Source: a virus (taxonomy: Duplodnaviria > Caudoviricetes). Taken from it: a stretch of 55,001 nt of DNA. The stretch lies in IMG/VR virus record IMGVR_UViG_3300037424_000895, positions 1-55,001 of that record; one strand, 5' to 3'. The position numbers and the translations under genes are program-made. Below are positions 1 through 9,315 of the stretch, one piece after another (within the stretch, counting starts at the first letter, position 1; every line of letters starts with the position of its first letter). Below the pieces are notes generated by a model that searched no databases, was not told where the DNA came from, and saw nothing but the letters and a program-made list of their open reading frames with translations.

Positions 1-353
1 TAGATCTCTTCGGGCAGAACACAACCGACACAGGTCAAGATTCCACCTAGAGAGTACTCATCTTCATGAAAACATTCAAACGGCATCGGAAAGCTTAACT
101 TGTTAGAGATCAGTTCTAGCAGTGTGTACTTTTCGTTGAGATCTCCACATGCTCCACCACTAAGAACGATCATCGTCTTGTGATTTTGAGCCCAGTCAAA
201 CAGTTGCATCGCGGCAAGGTCATCCCATACGATCGCAGATTCTTCATGATATTTCAAGAAAAGCTCATGTACTAAGTGAGCAGATTGAATTCCAGCTTGG
301 ATGCTAGAAAGATAAATTCCATTGACAAACGTGTACAGACGCAGATCACTCAT
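1..353 (-). CDS. Hypothetical protein, possibly peptidyl-tRNA hydrolase (PTH2)-like; runs off the window
   Basis: Manual translation MSDLRLYTFVNGIYLSSIQAGIQSAHLVHELF...FDWAQNHKTMIVLSGG; the AQxAH-like and W-x4-K-x-IVL pattern recalls PTH2. Confidence 0.45.
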   Translation of the reverse strand, partial: MSDLRLYTFVNGIYLSSIQAGIQSAHLVHELFLKYHEESAIVWDDLAAMQLFDWAQNHKTMIVLSGGACGDLNEKYTLLELISNKLSFPMPFECFHEDEYSLGGILTCVGCVLPEEI

Positions 354-372
354 CTTATTTCCTTATGAAAGT

Positions 373-720
373 TTACAGTTTACTGATTGCTTGTTCGATC
401 AGCATAGAATTTGGTGTAAACGATACATCATGAATTCCAATGAAGCCGTAAGCATGGGTTTGATCAACATATTCAACGATAGGTTGACCGTGATACGTAA
501 CTCTAATGAGATCTCCTCTCACTTGTCGATCATGAGTAATCACGGTTCCATCTCTAAACCACCTTTTAGTGGTAAGACCGATGATCTTTTTCTTACTATC
601 AGGAATTGAATTCTCGATCAGATTCTTGACTTTTTTCATCATCACATTTTCAATTTGAAAAGTGTACTTACGTCTTACACGATCGTTGTACGCATTTGCA
701 ATTCTATCGATAAGTCTCAT
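373..720 (-). CDS. Hypothetical protein
   Basis: 115-aa ORF in a tightly overlapping minus-strand operon. Confidence 0.7.
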   Translation of the reverse strand: MRLIDRIANAYNDRVRRKYTFQIENVMMKKVKNLIENSIPDSKKKIIGLTTKRWFRDGTVITHDRQVRGDLIRVTYHGQPIVEYVDQTHAYGFIGIHDVSFTPNSMLIEQAISKL

Positions 721-956
721 GAAAGTTCTCTTACGAATTCCCAGTTTTCTGGATTTCCATCATACCGATGTGCAGGAATGTGTCCAACCCACTCATCGTC
801 TGACCAAATGACAGTTTTATCAGCTGATCCACTGTAAGTAATTCCAACGTCAGGGCCCCAAAAGCAAAGAATTCCAACTGGATCTAAGAGATAGATCTCA
901 ATTAGCTCATCACTATCAAGATTTCTCCACCAACCCGGACGGTCTGGTAAACTCAC
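717..956 (-). CDS. Hypothetical protein
   Basis: 79-aa ORF with 4-bp overlaps to neighbours. Confidence 0.65.
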   Translation of the reverse strand: MSLPDRPGWWRNLDSDELIEIYLLDPVGILCFWGPDVGITYSGSADKTVIWSDDEWVGHIPAHRYDGNPENWEFVRELS

Positions 957-1255
957 CCGATGATGCCACCGTTATAGGTTACGAAGATTCGATAAGAGAT
1001 TCTCTCACCGATCGCGATCGCTTGCGGTGTTATCTCGAAGATCTCACGCGGCTCTTCAGCTTGCCAGTTGACAAACTCATCGGTTGAATTAAAGACTTTC
1101 ATCGCGATCAGGTTACGTCGTAATTTGGGCTGTTCAAGCATCTTAGATACCTCATTCAAGTCAGTTGTCTCATCGATGGTAAGAACCGTCGGAGGATTGT
1201 GGTCAATGTCAGCTTCTACAAAAGCCATCGTTGGGAGAGGGAGAGTAGTACTCAT
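953..1255 (-). CDS. Hypothetical protein
   Basis: 100-aa ORF, coupled overlaps, GAGG RBS. Confidence 0.7.
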   Translation of the reverse strand: MSTTLPLPTMAFVEADIDHNPPTVLTIDETTDLNEVSKMLEQPKLRRNLIAMKVFNSTDEFVNWQAEEPREIFEITPQAIAIGERISYRIFVTYNGGIIG

Positions 1256-1785
1256 GTATTATCTACCTCAATGATCAAATCAAACCCCTCAGACTTTGAG
1301 GGTGCAACGTATGTGTTGAACATGCTCTTCAACACGAAGGCTGGAATCACTTTACCGGTAGTCGCAGCCCTTTCGTCAAGACGTTGCTGCAAAACCTTGT
1401 CATCAACGGTAAAGTTGAGACAAATCTTGTAGTACGACTCCGGAACAACTGAGAGAACCGATGAGCGCTTCTTGCTGCCCATGTTAGTTTGATCATGGAA
1501 GATTGATCGATGAGTTCGGATCGCGTTCTCAATGTTCTCATTCATTTCGCGATTGATCTTCTTCTGATTTACCTTGTGGAAGGCTTCAGAGTAAGTCAGG
1601 CCCATCTTTATGGCTTCAACCTCGATCAAGTCATCAGTTGAAGCAATGTAGAACTTCTCAGTTAACAGTGGGGTGAACTTCTTCAGAAAAGTGGACTTAC
1701 CTACACCGGGAACACCTACCATCACGACATAAGATGGAGATTGCCACTTTTGGAGCAGATGTTGGAGAGCAATAGAAGTTTTCAT
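1252..1785 (-). CDS. P-loop kinase, polynucleotide-kinase/AAA_33-like
   Basis: Walker A GVPGVGKST, STDD, DQTN and R-x3-R lid, typical of the PNK kinase domain. Confidence 0.8.
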   Translation of the reverse strand: MKTSIALQHLLQKWQSPSYVVMVGVPGVGKSTFLKKFTPLLTEKFYIASTDDLIEVEAIKMGLTYSEAFHKVNQKKINREMNENIENAIRTHRSIFHDQTNMGSKKRSSVLSVVPESYYKICLNFTVDDKVLQQRLDERAATTGKVIPAFVLKSMFNTYVAPSKSEGFDLIIEVDNT

Positions 1786-1811
1786 TTAGTTTCTCTAGTT
1801 TGAACATGACT

Positions 1812-1841
1812 ATTTTATCACAGAGAAACTAAAAAGTAAAC
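1812..1841 (-). promoter_or_regulatory. T4-type early promoter
   Basis: GTTTACTTTT...TGATAAAAT on the minus strand. Confidence 0.75.
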
Positions 1842-1845
1842 TACT

Positions 1846-2094
1846 TTATGCCTGTTGTTTGACTTTTAGATTGTGACTGAAGCCTGTGGCCTTCAGGCGC
1901 TTGTAGCTGTCGGTTGCATTCTTGACAGCTTCCTTGAACTTTCCACCGATGAGTTGTTCGAAGTTAGATCCCTCATCATAGAACTTCCACTTACCGACTG
2001 CATCAGGCTTAGGAAGTTCCAGACCTTGGAACTTGACCGAAGTGTTGGTGTTGAGCTTGTAGGTCAGCTCTTGTTTGATCTCACACAGTTTCAT
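1846..2094 (-). CDS. Late protein, possible internal head protein
   Basis: MKLCEI N-terminus; GATAAATA late promoter at 2101-2108. Confidence 0.65.
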   Translation of the reverse strand: MKLCEIKQELTYKLNTNTSVKFQGLELPKPDAVGKWKFYDEGSNFEQLIGGKFKEAVKNATDSYKRLKATGFSHNLKVKQQA

Positions 2095-2106
2095 GTGATC
2101 TATTTA

Positions 2107-2283
2107 TCACTCTTCTCTCTTGTATACATTACAGAGTACGAGAACCATGTAGACCAGAGAAACAACGGCTACAAGATAGACACCGAGCTTCAGTGACTGA
2201 TTTAAGACAGCTGCCTGAATAATCGCAAATCCACAGACAGTCCAGATCAAAAAAGCAGCTAAGAACATCAGCTTTGCTTTCAC
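2107..2283 (-). CDS. Small membrane protein
   Basis: Manual translation ...MFLAAFLIWTVCGFAIIQAAVLNQSLKLGVYLVAVVSLVYMVLVLC; two hydrophobic segments. Confidence 0.55.
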   Translation of the reverse strand: MKAKLMFLAAFLIWTVCGFAIIQAAVLNQSLKLGVYLVAVVSLVYMVLVLCNVYKREE

Positions 2284-2588
2284 TTGTAGTCACCGGTGTA
2301 GATGAATTGCCGAAAGACTACGCAGCTCTCGATGTAACCTTGGCGGTATACTGGATCACTGGCATAGTGTACTTTGGGTAAACGACCGTTTGCCAAGTTC
2401 TTGAACTGAACATTCATGAGAATGTTTGGTTCATTTTCTTTGAACACAATGCTGCCGCGTTTTCGGCTCGACAGCAAAGCATGACGATAGATCTTGTAGG
2501 TGCGCTTGGCAAATTCGAGTGCTTCCGCTTTACCTCCTCGAGTCTCGAAGAATGCGAGGCGATCACGTTCAGATTGCTTAGAATTCAT
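2280..2588 (-). CDS. Hypothetical protein
   Basis: 102-aa ORF in operon. Confidence 0.7.
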   Translation of the reverse strand: MNSKQSERDRLAFFETRGGKAEALEFAKRTYKIYRHALLSSRKRGSIVFKENEPNILMNVQFKNLANGRLPKVHYASDPVYRQGYIESCVVFRQFIYTGDYK

Positions 2589-2827
2589 ACCGACACCTTA
2601 TTCGTCAAAGCAGTAAGCTCTTGTTTCATTGACTTCAGCTGCAGACGAATCATCGGAGATCGATGAATGTTTCGTTCAATCAACTCAATTTGAGCTTTGA
2701 GTTGATTGATGCGGCTGTATTGGGCTTTCAACTGCCGTTCATAATTCATCAACGGTCGTATCGCTTCTACCATGCTACCGGATGCATCTGGGATGGCACA
2801 AATGTGAATCATGTAAGAATTGCGCAT
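2585..2827 (-). CDS. Hypothetical coiled-coil protein
   Basis: 80-aa ORF in operon. Confidence 0.65.
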   Translation of the reverse strand: MRNSYMIHICAIPDASGSMVEAIRPLMNYERQLKAQYSRINQLKAQIELIERNIHRSPMIRLQLKSMKQELTALTNKVSV

Positions 2828-2829
2828 GA

Positions 2830-3111
2830 TTAGATGTACAGTTCAGCAAATTGTTCACCGTCCTTAGACACCAGCTCCATGTGCTTTGCGATCTGACGAT
2901 CTTCGTAGAAGGTGCCAAAGGGATTGTTCGGGGTTTCCTGCAGAACCGAAATGCTCACCGGAACGTTTTTACCGGCTTCGCGACGCAGTACTTCCAGACG
3001 CATGATCAGTTCGTCGATCATGATGATGTCATTACCACATTCGTTGTCTTGCTTGTCGATGATGTGGTCAACGATTGCATTGATTGTCGGACGAGTAGAA
3101 TGTTGCAGCAT
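2830..3111 (-). CDS. Hypothetical early protein
   Basis: GGAGGT RBS, directly downstream of the early promoter. Confidence 0.75.
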   Translation of the reverse strand: MLQHSTRPTINAIVDHIIDKQDNECGNDIIMIDELIMRLEVLRREAGKNVPVSISVLQETPNNPFGTFYEDRQIAKHMELVSKDGEQFAELYI

Positions 3112-3145
3112 TTGATACCTCCAAGGTTTCGTTTACGATGGAGTA

Positions 3146-3174
3146 ATTATATCAAAGCACTCAAGAAAGTAAAC
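3146..3174 (-). promoter_or_regulatory. T4-type early promoter
   Basis: GTTTACTTTC...TGATATAAT. Confidence 0.8.
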
Positions 3175-3211
3175 ACAATTTTGCTACTTTCGCAACAAAA
3201 TTATGATTTGG

Positions 3212-3364
3212 TTAGATCAAGCCAGACTTCTGCATGAGAAGTTCAATGACTAGATACCAGGAGTAGAACGGCATAAAGATAGCAAGAAGTGTCCACCCAC
3301 CTTTAGCAATAACAACTCCAGCAATCCAACCGATGAAAAGAAATAATTGAACAATATCTTTCAT
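3212..3364 (-). CDS. Small membrane protein
   Basis: Manual translation MKDIVQLFLFIGWIAGVVIAKGGWTLLAIFMPFYSWYLVIELLMQKSGLI. Confidence 0.6.
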   Translation of the reverse strand: MKDIVQLFLFIGWIAGVVIAKGGWTLLAIFMPFYSWYLVIELLMQKSGLI

Positions 3365-3389
3365 GAAATTCTTTCATAGAATCTTAAAT

Positions 3390-3800
3390 TCCTTAGGAGA
3401 AACACACTACGACCCTGCTAGAGGGTCACGTTTAGAGGCTTCACCAAGGAATAAGAGTTCTCATTAGAAAGCGCTTATTCCTTGAGGAGTTTCCACACTT
3501 GGCTAGACTTTCGCAGTTATCGGCTCTACCATCAACGACACCGACTTTTCTCGTATTTCAACTGCATCCCACCGTTCGAGATTCTATCCATGCCCCGGCC
3601 GTAGGTTACCCGAATTGGCTGCATGGACGGAGAACATCGCTCTCAATCTCTTATGACACTTATCTTATTATGAATTGATGAGCTTTGCCCATCACGTACT
3701 TATCTTGTTATGATCTTATTTCAATTAACTTTTCACGGATATGTTGCCCAGCGACCTGATTCTCTAAATCAAAGAAGATACCACTCATGCGAGTGTAGAA
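3390..3800 (-). ncRNA. Candidate large structured ncRNA
   Basis: ~410-nt gap with no credible ORF and many hairpins (GACCCT/AGGGTC, CAAGGAATAAG/CTTATTCCTTG, TCCATGC/GCATGGA). Confidence 0.5.
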
Positions 3801-3808
3801 TCTTGAAT

Positions 3809-4903
3809 TCACCCGTGGATCTCCTTCAGCTTTTCAAACACGCAGTTGGGAATGTAGGATTTTGCTACTCTCTCCCACTCACGAAGCGCTAGCGACCCTT
3901 TGATGAGAGACGAGCTGATCTCGACCAGTTCACGTGGAGTGATCAGGAAGATCGTCTCGATGTCAGGAGCAATCTTCTTCTGGAGTAAATTAAGTTGGTT
4001 CTCATATTCAAAGTCAGGAGTTCCACGCAAGCCACGGAAGATGAACTTGGCATTTACCTGTTGAGCATAGCTGACTAACAGCTCTGAAGCTGGAAGCACA
4101 TTAATCGATACTCTGGTCAATTGTTCAGGAGTAAGGACTTCTGTTAGAGATTGTTGAACCAAGCTTTCTCGGTCCTCTTGAGAGAGGAGATACTTCTTAG
4201 TTGGGTTGTGTGCGACTGCCACAATAACGTGGTCAACGACGTCAAGTGCCTTCTGGATGACCCAAGTATGACCAAGTGTGATTGGGTCAAAGGAACCGGA
4301 CACGATGCCAATCTTCTTATCCTTCAGCATCTTTCGCTTGACAACGTCAACTGCTCTCTTGATTTCATGCTTCAGATAAGACTTATCTTCTGAAGCTCCA
4401 CCGCCGTTGTAAATGATCGCGTCACTGACTGAAACACGATCATCATCATTAGTTTGAGACTTCATGATTGCCAAAATGTGATCGCGATCTTTACCATCAC
4501 GTTCTGCAACACGTAGAATCTGCAGAGAGGGAGATGCAATCACGGTGATGATCGCGTCAAACATGTGGATGTAGTGTTTTCCCTTCTCAACTAGTAAGGG
4601 AAATTCAAAGATGAAGTCATCCATCGTCCAGAACAGCTGATCGATCTCTTGGTTGATGTAGGGAGCAAAGATATGTTCAAGCTGTTCTCGAGCAATTGCA
4701 TCTTGAAAGACGATCTTGCTGATCTCCTTCCGATCTACGGTGCCGAAGTTCTTCTTCAGTTCATCCATGAGCGATGTGGAGTGTGTATACAGCCAGTGAA
4801 CGAGAGAATCAAAACTGTAGTACTTGATCCCCAATTCGTTGGAAAGCATCTCACAGACAGTAGTCTTACCTGATCCGATTCCACCGGTAACGACAATCTT
4901 CAT
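3809..4903 (-). CDS. coaE-coaD: Dephospho-CoA kinase (CoaE) fused to phosphopantetheine adenylyltransferase (CoaD)
   Basis: N-terminal TGGIGSGKTTV, DRK-I-K-VF, RVAERDG, IMKSQ; C-terminal GSFDPITLGH, RGLRG-DFEYE, ISSSLIK. Confidence 0.92.
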   Translation of the reverse strand: MKIVVTGGIGSGKTTVCEMLSNELGIKYYSFDSLVHWLYTHSTSLMDELKKNFGTVDRKEISKIVFQDAIAREQLEHIFAPYINQEIDQLFWTMDDFIFEFPLLVEKGKHYIHMFDAIITVIASPSLQILRVAERDGKDRDHILAIMKSQTNDDDRVSVSDAIIYNGGGASEDKSYLKHEIKRAVDVVKRKMLKDKKIGIVSGSFDPITLGHTWVIQKALDVVDHVIVAVAHNPTKKYLLSQEDRESLVQQSLTEVLTPEQLTRVSINVLPASELLVSYAQQVNAKFIFRGLRGTPDFEYENQLNLLQKKIAPDIETIFLITPRELVEISSSLIKGSLALREWERVAKSYIPNCVFEKLKEIHG

Positions 4904-5088
4904 GATATCTCCACGCTTACGGTAGTCTTAATTAATGCAGGCAATACCTGCATTGCTTTGAACTGTTTGTCAGTTGTGTAGCTAGACGTCAGCCTTCGTT
5001 TGACCTCTGTTTCCCACTCAATGAATCCTTGAGTAGAGCAGGCCTTGACACAGGTCTCATTGCCGTAAGCATGGATCTGCTCTCTCAT
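4900..5088 (-). CDS. Hypothetical protein
   Basis: 62-aa ORF overlapping the coaE start. Confidence 0.4.
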   Translation of the reverse strand: MREQIHAYGNETCVKACSTQGFIEWETEVKRRLTSSYTTDKQFKAMQVLPALIKTTVSVEIS

Positions 5089-5145
5089 CGTGGAGGGGTC
5101 CCACCTCCACGACCTTACCCAATCAATCTTTCGACTTTACGTACA

Positions 5146-6732
5146 TTAGGTCTGAGCCCTTGTACGAACTTCATCCAAGTTCACCTTGTTGAAGATAGGT
5201 TGACCAGTGGTTGACGCAGTAGTCATGTTATGTTCGTACAAGGTTACCATCACATCTTCCCACTCGGAATCCAAGGGCTTGTCGATGTCAACGGTCATGA
5301 ACTCGGTAGGCATTATGCGGCTACGAACCAAGGTCAAGCGCCCTGCCTTGCTCTTCTTACCCGGATCGGTAATCGGATTCTTGAAGATCGCCTTCCAGAC
5401 CCCCATCAAGATTGCCGAGGCTTTCTGTGCAAACTTGTAGGTGTCACGATTGACCTTCTGCAACAATCCGCCCCCGGAGCCGAAGACAATGTTGGAAGAA
5501 GCATAACCCAGGCGAGTCACCATCTCCAAGATCTGAACCATTGCTTCGTAGTCAACTCCGTCGCCTTGCAAGAACCCGATGTGGTTGATCACTCGGTAAC
5601 CTTTGGTGTTCTTGGTAGAACCAAAGCCTGCTTCGATGATCTTGAACAGACGAGGCAACACCTCCATCGGATCGCCGGAATCTGGGCGTAGTACTACGCG
5701 CGCTCCCGAAGCGATGATCACGTCCTTCAGATCAACGATCTGTTGAGCTTCGCGGTAGACGTCATATCCGTCCAACACGATGGAGACGATCTTTCCTTCC
5801 TTCGCAAACGCGGTCAACATTGCCAACAGATACTCGCGCTGTTCCCAAGGCAAGGAACCGAAGGAACATTGTACTGTGTGTTCAGAGGCTGGGACGCTGT
5901 ACGCAGCCATTGGGTTGTCGTAGTAGAAGTTCGCGGCGCGAACGCCTTCAATGGTGTCAGAACCCATGAAGAACACCAAGTGCGCAGCTCCACCGATCTC
6001 AGCCTGTTCACCACAGGTTACACCGCGTCCGCCGAAGTCGTGCAATTGGAAGGGTACTAAGTTCAGATCATCACAGGTCTCTAAGGCGAAGCGACGGATC
6101 GCTCTCCAGCTCTTGTAGTCATTCGACGCGATGGTAGTTGGATACCAGATACCACGCTGCATGTTGGTTTCCAATTGCGAGGACTGCCAGTACACGCCAG
6201 GATCATCACACTCAACGGAAGCGATGATGTTCTGGCTGGGCACGCGCATACCTTCTGGAACGATGCGGATCTTAACCGGCAGATAACCGTTGTAGACGTT
6301 GACGACCTTTTCCCAGCCTGAACGTTGAAACGGTTCACCGTGAGCATTCGCGAATGCTTCTGCCTCGTCGATGTGTGCCATGGTAATGCGTTGCATCAGA
6401 TTTTTCTGTGCCCACATCTGAGCACCGAACGGAACGATGACTTCATCCTTGATGCGAGCTTCCAGGTAGGAGAACATCCCAGTGATACCCTTTCGGTAGA
6501 CGAAGGGGTGCGAAAACTTGTAGGAGTCAGCTCTCATGATTGGGTTGGGAGCCAAGATGGGACTGTTCGAAGTAACGTTGTTTGCTTCTTGAACGTAAGC
6601 CTCATAGTCTTGATTTTGAAAGGTTCCACCGAAATACTCGATATATTCTTCACGAGTTAACTTACGGACCCCACCAACCGCGGTGTTATCTGCGGCCATC
6701 ACGACGATGCCTGGTTTTTGTGTTTGTGACAT
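5146..6732 (-). CDS. nadV: Nicotinamide phosphoribosyltransferase (NAMPT)
   Basis: DSYKFSH, LHDFGGRG, SVPASEH, RPDSGDP, QGDGV, FGSGGGLLQKVNRDT, KNPITDPGKKSKAG motifs. Confidence 0.96.
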   Translation of the reverse strand: MSQTQKPGIVVMAADNTAVGGVRKLTREEYIEYFGGTFQNQDYEAYVQEANNVTSNSPILAPNPIMRADSYKFSHPFVYRKGITGMFSYLEARIKDEVIVPFGAQMWAQKNLMQRITMAHIDEAEAFANAHGEPFQRSGWEKVVNVYNGYLPVKIRIVPEGMRVPSQNIIASVECDDPGVYWQSSQLETNMQRGIWYPTTIASNDYKSWRAIRRFALETCDDLNLVPFQLHDFGGRGVTCGEQAEIGGAAHLVFFMGSDTIEGVRAANFYYDNPMAAYSVPASEHTVQCSFGSLPWEQREYLLAMLTAFAKEGKIVSIVLDGYDVYREAQQIVDLKDVIIASGARVVLRPDSGDPMEVLPRLFKIIEAGFGSTKNTKGYRVINHIGFLQGDGVDYEAMVQILEMVTRLGYASSNIVFGSGGGLLQKVNRDTYKFAQKASAILMGVWKAIFKNPITDPGKKSKAGRLTLVRSRIMPTEFMTVDIDKPLDSEWEDVMVTLYEHNMTTASTTGQPIFNKVNLDEVRTRAQT

Positions 6733-6777
6733 GTCAATCTCCTTGACGTTGGTTGAAAAGTAGAGTCTATCTCTACT
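6733..6777 (-). promoter_or_regulatory. G-ATAGA-C pentaloop hairpin plus RBS-sequestering hairpin upstream of nadV
   Basis: AGTAGAG-ATAGA-CTCTACT, then GTCAA-GGAGA-TTGAC-ATG. Confidence 0.6.
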
Positions 6778-6785
6778 GGTTGATA

Positions 6786-6980
6786 CTACATAAATTTTAA
6801 TGCATCCTGGATTTGATCCCCAACGATGTTTTTCCGAGCGATTGCAGCTGCTAAGATCTCTCTAAACGAGGTTCTTCGGTCCGGTGTTAAAGACTTGAAG
6901 TCATTTAATGCGCCTTGAATGCTACCTGCATTTTCACCCCACCCTACAAAGATCCGGTAATAATCTAGAGCTGTTCTCAC
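6786..6980 (-). CDS. Hypothetical protein
   Basis: 64-aa ORF. Confidence 0.5.
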   Translation of the reverse strand: MRTALDYYRIFVGWGENAGSIQGALNDFKSLTPDRRTSFREILAAAIARKNIVGDQIQDALKFM

Positions 6981-7121
6981 GGAGAATTTCTCTTTTGCAC
7001 CTTGATGTTTGGCGTCTTCAAGAGCTCTTGGAAGTACTTTTTAACCTCCGCAATCTTCTTTGGGTTTTCATAGTAGACGATGTCATAGTATCGTCCGTTT
7101 GCTTTTATTTCATAGAAAGGC

Positions 7122-7151
7122 ATTATATCATTTGTACTTTCAAAAGTAAAC
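7122..7151 (-). promoter_or_regulatory. T4-type early promoter
   Basis: GTTTACTTTT...TGATATAAT. Confidence 0.75.
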
Positions 7152-7378
7152 CTATACTGTCGGCAAGCTTGATTGCATCTTCCTCAGATTCACAAAACCT
7201 CCGATAGAGAGCCCATGAGGTATACCAACATCTTCTAGATTCATAAACCGGTACGAGTCTCACATAAGGAGCATGTTTACCGGTAGCTTCATTGAAGTTC
7301 CAGTAGATCGCGGTCCACTTGCTTGTTCTTCTTCGCAGAGTGACGCATTGAACAGATTTTCTTGCAAAATCCAGTACA

Positions 7379-7765
7379 CTATAATCTCACTTCTTCATTC
7401 CAATAAACCATGCCTGACGCTTCGTGTAAATTTTGCTTCTTTGCGCTGTCATACAATGTAGAAATCCATGAAGGCAACATCTTGTAGTCATAATCTCCAC
7501 GAAGTGCTTTATTAAGGAAGTGTTGTTCTGTTCCGCTAATACGTCTTGAATGTGTGATGACAGATGTCCAGCCTTTTACAACATCTTTATCAATTCTATA
7601 AAAAGTTCCATACTCAGGACCTGTGTATGCCGATGAACAGCATGAAGCTACTAGCTTTCCATGCAAATGCCAATCAACCCAATGATTATGTGTTTGCTTA
7701 GAAGCTCCAAGCTTAACTAAGACCAAAATGGCAGCACGGTAATAGAATTCATTGACATATATCAT
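7379..7765 (-). CDS. Hypothetical protein
   Basis: 128-aa ORF. Confidence 0.65.
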   Translation of the reverse strand: MIYVNEFYYRAAILVLVKLGASKQTHNHWVDWHLHGKLVASCCSSAYTGPEYGTFYRIDKDVVKGWTSVITHSRRISGTEQHFLNKALRGDYDYKMLPSWISTLYDSAKKQNLHEASGMVYWNEEVRL

Positions 7766-8052
7766 ATTGCGCGTGCCGAATCAGGACGACCGATACTTCT
7801 TACTGATATACAGTACCTTCCCTTATTGGTAGGATCAGCATAGAAGGCACGACATCTATCCTGTCGTGCCTTGAGTTCCTTAGCGAATCGTTCTGCCAAT
7901 GCTATTGCTTCTGGATGATTATTGATCTCGTCTCGCAGTGCCACTACACGACTGGTGGTAGTAGTTGCGCCCGGATCACCTACCGCCTCACCCTCGTATT
8001 CCTGTGCCATACGTAGCTCGTCAGTAAGATCCTTCAATGTCTTCGTGGTCAT
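7762..8052 (-). CDS. Hypothetical protein
   Basis: 96-aa ORF, GAGG RBS. Confidence 0.7.
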   Translation of the reverse strand: MTTKTLKDLTDELRMAQEYEGEAVGDPGATTTTSRVVALRDEINNHPEAIALAERFAKELKARQDRCRAFYADPTNKGRYCISVRSIGRPDSARAI

Positions 8053-8136
8053 ATCCTCACCGATTGATTTGTCATCCCATCTTCCTCAAGGTCTTGTTCC
8101 GTCATTGAGCTAAATCTTACTCGAGGAAGAATATAC

Positions 8137-9315
8137 TCAAGACGTAAGTCTTCCTAACATATACTCGAGGATCAGCTCATGATCCTCGAAAAATCTGTTT
8201 TTAAAATCAGAAGAGTTCAAGGCCTCATTCAGCGGTACCCACACTGCCTTCTCAGCGTCATCGTCTCCCTTGATCGGAGGCATCGTGATCTTACCATCCT
8301 GAATGAAGTCAGGTAGCTTGAACAGAAACGCTTTGGTCAAGGTACGACCGCGCAGCGAGCGATCTGGGTGGTCAAAATCTTCCTTGAAGATCATCGAGCT
8401 GCGTAAGATCGGATCTGGAACCTTGAGCCTTGTTTCTTCACGCAACTCGCGAATGCAACCATCAAACAGCCGTTCTCTTGGGTTCAAGAAACCACCGGGT
8501 AGTGCCCACAATCCCTTCCCAGGGAATGCTCTGCGCTTGATCAGAAGGATATGACCAGTTTGAATGACTACTGCATCAACCGTTTGAAACATCACCTCAT
8601 AGGGCAGTCCGGGATCATCGCCATTGGCCCTCCGCACCCGATACGGTTTGCGGTATGCAATGTTGAAGTTGTGCTCAAAGCGCAGATTGTTATACTCCTC
8701 AGTCTTCTCGAATTCACGCAGGAAGTTGATCGTTTCTGTTGGAACGAAAGACTTCAACAGCATCTCGGTTTGTTCTGGAGTGATGTCACCGCCGTTGAAG
8801 CTACGACCGAAGTAGATCTCTCGAACAGCAGTAGCAGTCAGGAACTTACTGACTTCCATGTTCTCATCCACCATGTCAGAAATCCACTCGGGAAAGAACT
8901 TCAGGTAGAAGGTAGACGAGTCACGATCCGCACCGGTGATGTGGATCTCGACGTCTTTGGGATCGACTCTTACCAGCTTATCACCATCCCAGCATGCAAA
9001 ATCTTCAAGATAGCTGCTGACGACGCTGCGTACGTTCGCGATCCACAGTTGGTCATTGTAGAGAAAGTCGCGAATGCCTTTGATCGTTACTGGCTTAAAT
9101 GTACCAGGTACCCAAGTACGATCGGCATACTTTCGAATGATTCCGGCGCGTTCTTCAAACGTCCAGGGATTCTTTGGGTTGCGAGCCCAGTTTGTGGAGC
9201 CAATCAGGACGAGAACTGCATCTGATTTTTCGCGAGCTCTACGCAGTACTTCTGCGTGTCCGTTGTGGAAGGGTGAGAAGCGACCGATGTAAATTGTAAG
9301 AATCTTTTTTGACAT
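8137..9315 (-). CDS. nadM: Bifunctional NMN adenylyltransferase / ADP-ribose pyrophosphatase (NadM-Nudix, NatV-like)
   Basis: IGRFSPFHNGH (HxGH), KNPWTFEER, Nudix box ALPGGF...RELREET, PDRSLRGRTLT, DDAEKA, FFEDH. Confidence 0.95.
   Translation of the reverse strand: MSKKILTIYIGRFSPFHNGHAEVLRRAREKSDAVLVLIGSTNWARNPKNPWTFEERAGIIRKYADRTWVPGTFKPVTIKGIRDFLYNDQLWIANVRSVVSSYLEDFACWDGDKLVRVDPKDVEIHITGADRDSSTFYLKFFPEWISDMVDENMEVSKFLTATAVREIYFGRSFNGGDITPEQTEMLLKSFVPTETINFLREFEKTEEYNNLRFEHNFNIAYRKPYRVRRANGDDPGLPYEVMFQTVDAVVIQTGHILLIKRRAFPGKGLWALPGGFLNPRERLFDGCIRELREETRLKVPDPILRSSMIFKEDFDHPDRSLRGRTLTKAFLFKLPDFIQDGKITMPPIKGDDDAEKAVWVPLNEALNSSDFKNRFFEDHELILEYMLGRLTS

Noticed and set aside
5207-9292. Long plus-strand ORFs antisense to nadV and nadM (and similar ones elsewhere)
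   Set aside because: They are shadow ORFs of well-supported minus-strand genes, with no motifs or RBS.
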